A DNA stretch of 64,000 bases from Thecamonas trahens ATCC 50062. Its lineage: Eukaryota > Protista > Apusomonadida. The position numbers and the translations under genes are program-made. The notes beneath the pieces were generated by a model. The model did no database searches, had not been told where the DNA came from, and saw only the letters and a program-made list of their open reading frames with translations. Positions 56,501 to 64,000 of this stretch are shown here, piece by piece; within the stretch, counting starts at the first letter, position 1; each line of letters starts with the position of its first letter. The DNA is taken from assembly GCF_000142905.1 (NCBI RefSeq), contig NW_013657621.1, positions 1-64,000 on the forward strand, given 5' to 3'.

Positions 56501-59500
56501 ATGGATGAGGTCTTTGCCAAGGCGGGCGTGCCGTCGGTGACTTGGTCTCCTTCGCGCCATGCGCCATTCTGGCCATCTAAGCCGCTCAGCAAGGCGCTGT
56601 CCGAGATTGAGCCGCCGGCCGACGCCGCAGCGAGCGGCACGGCGGCGGGCTGCGATGAGGACGCAACCGCCAGCAAGGAGGATACGGAGTCAATGACGGA
56701 CAAGGCATGGCAGCTGAATCAAGTCACGGTGCTTTCGAAGCCGGCGCGCCGCCGGCGCGTCCAGCATAGTCTCCGCGCCGGCATTGCGTCGAGCGGATGG
56801 AGTGCAGGCGGGCGGGTGGACGCGCGGGCGGCGTCTGCGGGATCGGTCACCAAGGCGCAGCTGCGGTTGGGCCAGTTCTCTACAATCGACGTGTCGGCAA
56901 TGGTACAGGTAACGTCGACGCACGGGATCGTGTCGGTGGTGTCTGTCCGGCCGCTGGCCGAGGTGGTCGCGTTGTACGACATGCGCCACTCGTCGCCAGT
57001 CCTGCATCTGATGGAGGCCAGTGCGATGGCAGGGGACGATCCGCACCTTCGGGTGGTGCGGCAGTTTGGTTCGTCGGAGGAGGCGTGGCGAGTGCTGCTT
57101 GCAGTGCCCATCGGGACGCGGCTGGTGGCATCGGGCTTTGTCCTCACGCGCATCGCAATCTCGTCGAGCTGCGCCATCGACTCGCCGTGGCAGCTCTCGG
57201 TGCTGAGCCCGGATCCGGCGCCGCGGTCGTTCGCCGACGTACTCGCTGCACATCATGCCGGCGTGCTCCCCAGCCAGCTTCCGACCGAGGTCGTCAAGGT
57301 ACTGGACATGCTGGCGAAAGCGATGGTGGCCAAGTACTGTGTGGACATCGCAGAACCGGCGGGTGCCCAGGCGCTCGCTCAGGCGCTCGCCCAGGCGCTG
57401 GCCGCCGTGCCGGACCAGTTTGCGGACGATGTGACGGCGATGCGCGAGGTGTGCAGTGCCTCGAAGATCGACAACGTGCTTTCAACGCTGCCACGACACC
57501 TGCGGGCCGCAGCTAGTGCTGTGCGGTTCTGTAGCCAGAGCAAGCGGATGCTCGTGGCGCTCTTCGAGGCGAGGCCGCAGCTGTCGGGTTACTGGGACAC
57601 CGATCTCGCGCCATCGTGCAGCTACGCCAACGGGTACTGCATCCACGCGCCGTCGGCGCACACGACCCGGTTTGAGGCGTGGCAGGCGGAGACCGAAGTT
57701 TATCCGCGGCCAACGGGCTGGACGGTCTGCGACGTGACGACACTCGAAGCGGTGCCGTTGGAGTGGATTGGAGTCTCGGCCAAAGCGCACGGACGGGAAG
57801 AGGTGGCCAAGCTCGGGCTGGATCTGGAAGACGGATCGCAGATGGCAAACCAGATTGTGATTGGCTTTGTGACGGATCAAAAGGTGGTGGAGCAGCTGGT
57901 GCACGGCGGACATCCCGATAAGCCGCTTGTGGAGCGGATGGCTGCGGCGCGCAAGTGGCTCAGCCTCACGCTGGCGGCACCCATTCCGGCCAGCCTCAAG
58001 CAATGGTTGCTGGACATTGCACGGCAGGACGTGAGCCCTGTTTGGCCAAACGAGATCAACGGCATCACCAAGGTGCTTGCCACTGGCCTGGCGCTGTTGC
58101 TGCGCGACAAGGTGTGCGCCGAGGCGGGAAGCGTGGCGTGCAACAACATGCTCCTCGACGCACAGGCGAGCGAGGAGAGCGCGCTGACGGCGATGACGCA
58201 GCGGACGGCTGGCTACGGAGTGCTCCTCTGCAGGCCCGACGACCTGACGAAGGTGCGGAAGGCCAAGGTGCCGATCGGGCGGGTGCTTGATCTGAGTGGC
58301 GGCGGGATGGACGGCCACGAGATGTACACGTTGATCATGGACGCGCTGGCGGAGCGGCCGTTTGTGTACGTCAAGGGCTTCAACCCAACCGACGACAAGT
58401 ACGTCAAGCTGGTGTGCGAGCACACGCATGACGCGCCGTGGACATACGTCTACATCGAGATGGATGCCGGGCAGCTGTTCCGTGCCGCCGACTCGGATCG
58501 GTTCACCCTGCTCTCGGAGCCGGCGCACCAGAGCGCGTCCGACCAGTCGCTGGGGCAGTCAACCAAGGTGATGGTGGAGACAGAGCGGCGATCGCTTGCT
58601 AACGATGGCGAGCTTTGGGCGATTGCGGAACCAGCGCTGAGTCCCAATCTTGTGACGGAGCGCGACGCAGAGTGGAAGGTGCGGCTGACGAACGCATGCA
58701 CGCGGGGAGTGACGGTCATCGTGTTGTGCTCGGACCCGGGGACGGGCAAGACGACGATGGTCGAGATCATGTCTTCAAAACTGCTCAAGGACGGTGGCAT
58801 CGTCGTTCGCATCGACTGCTCCTCGGTGGAGCTGGAGCGGTCGACGGTGGTGGCTGCGGTGGAGGCGGTGGTACCCATCGACGGGAAGGTGCGGACGGTG
58901 CTTGTGGCCGACGAGTTTGATCGGCTTGACCGGTCGCAGAAGGACGCGCTCTTTGCCTGGGCCCTTCCCAAGCGGGCATGGCTCCAGGTTGTCTGCCTCG
59001 CTAACCGCAAGCACTCGTGCGATGTCGAGCTGCTCGACGCGGCTGTCCTCCACACGCCTTCGCTGGAGTACGAGACCATCTGGGCTCGGCTCAACATCGA
59101 CGAGATGGTGGAACTGATGCCCCAGCTGTGCAGCGGCATCAAGGGCTGCCGCCTCGGAAATGACGTGCGGCGCAAGCTGAAGGAGTGCGCCGTTGCGATG
59201 CGGCTGCTGTTCGGCGAGTCTGTCCTCTCGCTGCGGCACGTCAAGTCGCTGGTGGAAGCGATCTCGGCCGAGACGCCGGGCCCGCTTGCCTCGTGGCTGC
59301 TGGGGCGCGCGTGGCACATCGGCGACAAGATGGCGCACGCGTTTGCAGAGACCTTTGTCAAGAGCTACAAGGGCACACCGACGGGCGGATCGCCGTTGGG
59401 GCTGGTGGCGGCGGCGGCGGTGAGGGCGGCGCAGTGGGGCGTGGTTGGCGTGGAGGTGGCGGCGGCGGACCTGAAGACGTACCCGGAGTTTGTGTCGCAG

Positions 59501-60739
59501 CTGGCGGAACCATACAAGAGCCATCCGCTGGTGCGACTGGCGGCATATCTGCGGACGGTGCTCAAGTGCAACGCCGATCTGGACGGGCTGATGGCGTTCG
59601 AGGTGTGCGATGGGTTCGACTTTCCGCTCTTCTACAACGCGACGGGCAAGAGTGCGGCAAGCGGGGGCCTGGACACGTGGCAGACAATGGTGGTCCCGGG
59701 TACCTTCCTCAGCCTCGCAGAGATCAACGACCGTCTTGAGCGCGGGCTCGAGTTTAACTGGTACGAGATCGGCGAGATGTGGGTCGCCGAGCCGCCGACC
59801 GACCACGCGGCGCTGCGGTCTGTGGCGTCCAACGCGACGTCCATGGCGACGATGCTACAGGCGCTGCCGGCGGAGACCCTGGTGGACATGCTCAACGCCG
59901 ACGATGCATCGTGCGACTTTCTGCTCAAGGTGGCGGGCGCGCTGTCAGCATGCAGCAACATGGAGGAGCCGCTGTACACGGCGGTGTGGGCTGCGATCCG
60001 GCGCTGGCCATTGGCCGACAAGACGCCGAGCGCAGTGGCAAGCGAGGTGTTCACCACGATCGGGACCATCAGTACGGGCCTGCTCGGCCGATGCCTCACC
60101 TGGGCCGCAGTCCACGCGACGGCAATGACTGTGCCGGACCGGGCCAGCGACTGCAACGAGCTCCTCGCGCGGTGCCTCATTCACAGCTCGGGACAGGTTG
60201 GGCTGGCGGCCGGCGAGAGCGACGAGGAGGCCGATGTGGTGGCAACGATGTGGGGCGGGCGGTTTGCACCGCTGCTGGGCGTTGCGCTGGCGATCGTGAG
60301 TGAGGAGATGATGCACGCGGCAGCGCTGCGGGCGGCTGTGTCGCAGCTTGTGGCGCGCGAGCAGGCGCCTGATCCGCGGTGGCCAGGGCTGGTTTGGACC
60401 GTCCACGGTATTGCCCACGGAAGTGGACCGCTTGCGGCGGCCGCCATCACACGCGCATTTGTTGAGTGGGCCGCCGTGTTTGGCTCGGGCGCGCTGCCGG
60501 TGGCGATCCCGGCGGTGGCGACTGCGGTCTTTGCGCGCGCTGTCTCGCTCGAGTGGCAGGTGGCGAGGAGCATTCTAGATGCGGACGAGGGGACGGTGGC
60601 GCCCAACCCCAGAGTGATCCGCGGCGAGACGATCAAGCAGCTGCTGCACGTCGGGTGTCGCGCAGGCGACCGAGTGACCGGCGCGGCGTTTGCGCATCAG
60701 GCACACCGGGAGGCGGTTGCGTCGCTGGCCCGGGATTAA
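50523..60739 (+). CDS. Giant (~3405 aa) protein with an AAA+/STAND-like P-loop NTPase in its C-terminal third; one -1 frameshift at ~53903-53906
   Basis: The frame of ORF 54158..60739 is open back to ~53852 (LSPNHPAQLSAALLAWAA...); one extra C joins it to ORF 50523. Walker A SDPGTGKTT (~58730-58756), Walker B VLVADEFD, sensor-1-like VVCLANR. Confidence 0.8.
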
Positions 60740-60858
60740 ACGTGAATCTGAAGACAACAACAAAGCCCACGAAGACGCTGCGTACAACTGCCGCGACGAC
60801 CGCTGCGACGACCGCAACGATCCTGACAGTGTAGTCGTGGAGGCGGCGACGTTGGGCG

Positions 60859-61200
60859 ATGGTGATGGTGATGGGCATGGGCATGGGCATGGGCATGGTG
60901 ATGGTGATGGTGATGGTGGTGGGCATGGGTATGGTGATGGTGATGGTGATGGTAGTGGGCATGGGCATGGTGATGGGCATGGTGATGGTGATGGTGATGG
61001 TGATGGTGGTGGGCATGGGCATGGTGATGTGCATGGTGATGGTCATGGTGATGGTCATGGGCATGGGCATGGTGATGGTGATGGTGATGGTGGTGGGCAT
61101 GGTGATGGTCATGGGCATGGGCATGGTGATGGTGATGGTGATGGTGGTGGACATGGGCATGGTGATGGTGATGGTGATGGTAGTGGGCATGGGCATGGTG
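60859..61200 (+). repeat. (ATGGTG/ATGGGC)n hexanucleotide repeat running into an assembly gap (61201-61713)
   Basis: Direct reading of the sequence. Confidence 0.95.
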
Positions 61201-61715
61201 NNNNNNNNNNNNNNNNNNNNNNNNNNNNNNNNNNNNNNNNNNNNNNNNNNNNNNNNNNNNNNNNNNNNNNNNNNNNNNNNNNNNNNNNNNNNNNNNNNNN
61301 NNNNNNNNNNNNNNNNNNNNNNNNNNNNNNNNNNNNNNNNNNNNNNNNNNNNNNNNNNNNNNNNNNNNNNNNNNNNNNNNNNNNNNNNNNNNNNNNNNNN
61401 NNNNNNNNNNNNNNNNNNNNNNNNNNNNNNNNNNNNNNNNNNNNNNNNNNNNNNNNNNNNNNNNNNNNNNNNNNNNNNNNNNNNNNNNNNNNNNNNNNNN
61501 NNNNNNNNNNNNNNNNNNNNNNNNNNNNNNNNNNNNNNNNNNNNNNNNNNNNNNNNNNNNNNNNNNNNNNNNNNNNNNNNNNNNNNNNNNNNNNNNNNNN
61601 NNNNNNNNNNNNNNNNNNNNNNNNNNNNNNNNNNNNNNNNNNNNNNNNNNNNNNNNNNNNNNNNNNNNNNNNNNNNNNNNNNNNNNNNNNNNNNNNNNNN
61701 NNNNNNNNNNNNNTT

Positions 61716-62794
61716 ACTGCTCGCGCCCACCGGCGCACGTCAAGCTACTCGGCGAGCGCTACTCGCCCATGCGCGTGCGGGCGCGATCGTCGCTCTCGCC
61801 GCGCACCCGCGAGTCGGCCATCGAGCTGCTGCGGGCCATGTACCCGGACACCCCTCGCGGCGCCCTCGTCACCGTCGCCTACGACTTTCACGAGGGCATG
61901 CTCTTCCCAAACTCGATGCTTGCCCCGCAGCTCGACGCCGAGTACTGCGCAGCGCAGATTGAACCCGGCTACGTGGCGGCCATGGTTGCCGCCGCCACCG
62001 ACAAGGCTCGTCTGCTCGGCGTCTTTGGCTACCTCCCGCCGGCCGGCCCGCACACCCACGACGATCTCGCGGCTCTGGAGGCACAGGCCGCGCACCCGGG
62101 ATGGATCGCGCTCTACGACGTGTACAAGTCGTACTCGAGCCACGGCATCCCGCTCCCACAGGGCCTCCGCCCCGGCGACGGCGAGCTGCTCTCGCGCATG
62201 GCCTTCTTTGCTCTCGACTCGCTCCTCGCCCGCCCGCCGGTCCTCCGCCTCGCCATGGGCCGCCTCGTCGGACACATTGCCGATGTACTCGAGGTCAAGG
62301 CCGGCCGGCCGCCGCGCGGCATGAGCCCGCTGCAAAGTGCTCAAATGGCCAAGGCCAAGCTTGTGGTTCTCTCCGGGCACGACACCACCATCGTCCCGCT
62401 GCTGCACATCCTCGGCCTCGACGCCCACCTCGACGCCTGGCCCGACTACGCCTCTGCCATCGTTCTCGAGCTGCACACCAACACCGCACCGTCGCGTGCC
62501 TATCCGGCTGCCCACTACGTCCACGTCATCTACAATCGCCACACCGCCGCCATCGTCGCCCTCGACGACCTCCTCTCCGCCCTTGACCCATTCCGCCTCG
62601 ACTCGATCGAGCACCTGCACCAGGCCGAGGCCACCGCCGCCGCCGCCGCTGCCGACGCAGGCCGTCCCGACGACCTTGCTGCTGTCGCCGCTCCAGGCAC
62701 GCCGCCTACCCACTCGTGGCACCGCGACTTTAACCAGCCCGCCCTCGCGCACGTCCTCGCCAACGCCGCCACTGCCGCCGCCGCCACAGAGTAA
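61716..62794 (+). CDS. Histidine acid phosphatase (clade 2), 5'-partial because the RHG motif region falls in the gap
   Basis: ARSSLSPRTRESA, LVVLSGHDTTIVPLL, WPDYASAIVLEL and YVHVIYN. Confidence 0.88.
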
Positions 62795-62806
62795 CCAATA
62801 CCAGGC

Positions 62807-63340
62807 CTACGGCGCATCGCCGCCACCCTCAACATCACTCCCGTCACTGCTTCCGTCGCCTGTCGCCGAGGACGCCGAGTCGTCCGACGACGCTACCCAC
62901 TCGGCCGGCGGGAGCACGTTGAGCATGGCCAGCAGCTCGCTGCGGGCCGCGTCGTCGGCGCGCGGCGTGCGCGCGGCGAGGTCGACCGGCCACTCGCCGT
63001 CGTCGTTGACCGCTCGCCGGCTCGCTCCAGCCCGCAGCAGCTCATGTACCGCCGCTACATGTCCTCGCCACGCCGCCACATGCAGCGCCGTCTCACCGCG
63101 CCCGTCGCGACCATCGACAGCCACGCCGTCGGCGCCTGCCAGTGCCGCCACCACCGCCGCGTGCCCGCCCAGTGCCGCCGCGTGGAGCACCGTGCCCGCC
63201 AGTGGCGATGCCGCTTGCAACAGCGGTGCCCGCACTTTGTCCGGTAGCCCCAGAACAAACGCCACAGTCGCCGTGTCGCCTGCAGACGCTGCCCGCAGCA
63301 CAGCCGCGCCCGTGAGGTCGGTGGTCGCCGCGGGCTCCAT
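62807..63340 (-). CDS. Ankyrin-repeat protein (177 aa)
   Basis: GTVLHAAALGGHAAVVAAL, GETALHVAAWRGHVAAVHELLRAGA and NDDGEWPVDLA. Confidence 0.92.
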   Translation of the reverse strand: MEPAATTDLTGAAVLRAASAGDTATVAFVLGLPDKVRAPLLQAASPLAGTVLHAAALGGHAAVVAALAGADGVAVDGRDGRGETALHVAAWRGHVAAVHELLRAGASRRAVNDDGEWPVDLAARTPRADDAARSELLAMLNVLPPAEWVASSDDSASSATGDGSSDGSDVEGGGDAP

Positions 63341-63544
63341 TGACGTGGTGGAGTCTGTAGCGGCGTGTCTGAGGCCCTCAGAGCTGCTCTACAACAGACT
63401 AGACGTGTGCGCGATATGTAGAGGCGTATTGACGAGGCTCGGACGCCATGCAGCCTTGTGGAACTGGAGAACAAGGCGTCAGGGCGGTCTGCGAGCGCTA
63501 ACCCGAAGACGCGGTGGAATAGAGGAGCATGAACCGCCATCTTA

Positions 63545-63695
63545 CAAACGTAAAAAATCATGAAGAATTGTGCTCCAAACAATAAATATATTCATTATAC
63601 ATGTATTTATTAAAAATTATTATGAAATCTATAAATTGTACCACACAGTTATATTATCATATTATCATATTTCTATATTTCTATATATTTATTGT
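63545..63695. other. Strongly AT-rich island
   Basis: About 150 bp of mostly A/T, with short duplications (ATATTATC x2, ATATTTCT x2), in an otherwise GC-rich window. Confidence 0.8.
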
Positions 63696-64000
63696 CGGAC
63701 CACTAGCGCTCATCGGATCGCCTTTTTCCTTTCCCTCTCCCCTCTCCGCGTCAACGACCCCATACACACCACAACACAGTCTGCTACCCACCCACCGTTG
63801 CTATACTATGAGAAGCAGCACCGTTTGATCTACATGGCATTGTGCCTGGTCTGGCCCTGAAAAGCTGCCATGGCAAAGAAATTGCGACGGAATAACCGTC
63901 TCCCGACCCAGAGAGTTGCACCACACCAGCCGACGTACGCACTGCACTACCCCTCCAGCTCCTTGGCCTCGTCGGCAGGCACAAAGTCTTGGTACAGCTG

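Noticed and set aside
60690-61200. Gly/His/Asp-rich metal-binding protein
   Set aside because: Translation of a hexanucleotide simple repeat abutting a gap; no evidence that it is coding.
1-64000. tRNA, rRNA or other structured ncRNA genes
   Set aside because: None recognised by eye; a covariance-model scan would be needed to exclude them.

Overview
GC-rich, intron-poor, gene-dense eukaryotic (protist) DNA from a draft assembly with three N-gaps. Composition and gene content resemble an apusomonad such as Thecamonas, but that is inference only. Genes in order: a TIR-NB-ARC-WD40 NLR/STAND gene whose 13 WD40 units (171 bp each) are nearly identical in DNA yet hypervariable at a few codons; a decayed kinase fragment; a small 2-TM protein; an LRR-coiled-coil-kinase-HECT-like-RING/RING fusion; a dsRBD protein; four related Cys-rich multi-TM surface proteins (three carry FG-GAP/integrin-alpha-type repeats; two form a divergent pair sharing a 230-bp near-identical tract); a heptad-repeat coiled-coil protein; a decayed piggyBac end; a prominin-like-annexin fusion; a dual-specificity phosphatase-EEP (TDP2-like) fusion; an M28 peptidase; an EF-hand-like repeat gene; two small tandem paralogues; a ~3,400-aa P-loop NTPase; a histidine phosphatase; and an ankyrin protein. 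Several long genes are split by single-base (-1) frameshifts, mostly at homopolymers and probably sequencing errors. The best candidate for an undescribed system is the NLR-like receptor with a shuffled, hypervariable WD40 sensor array and an intact TIR catalytic glutamate. It lies next to an unusual kinase-ubiquitin-ligase fusion and a dsRBD gene. All domain calls come from motif recognition by eye; no searches were run.
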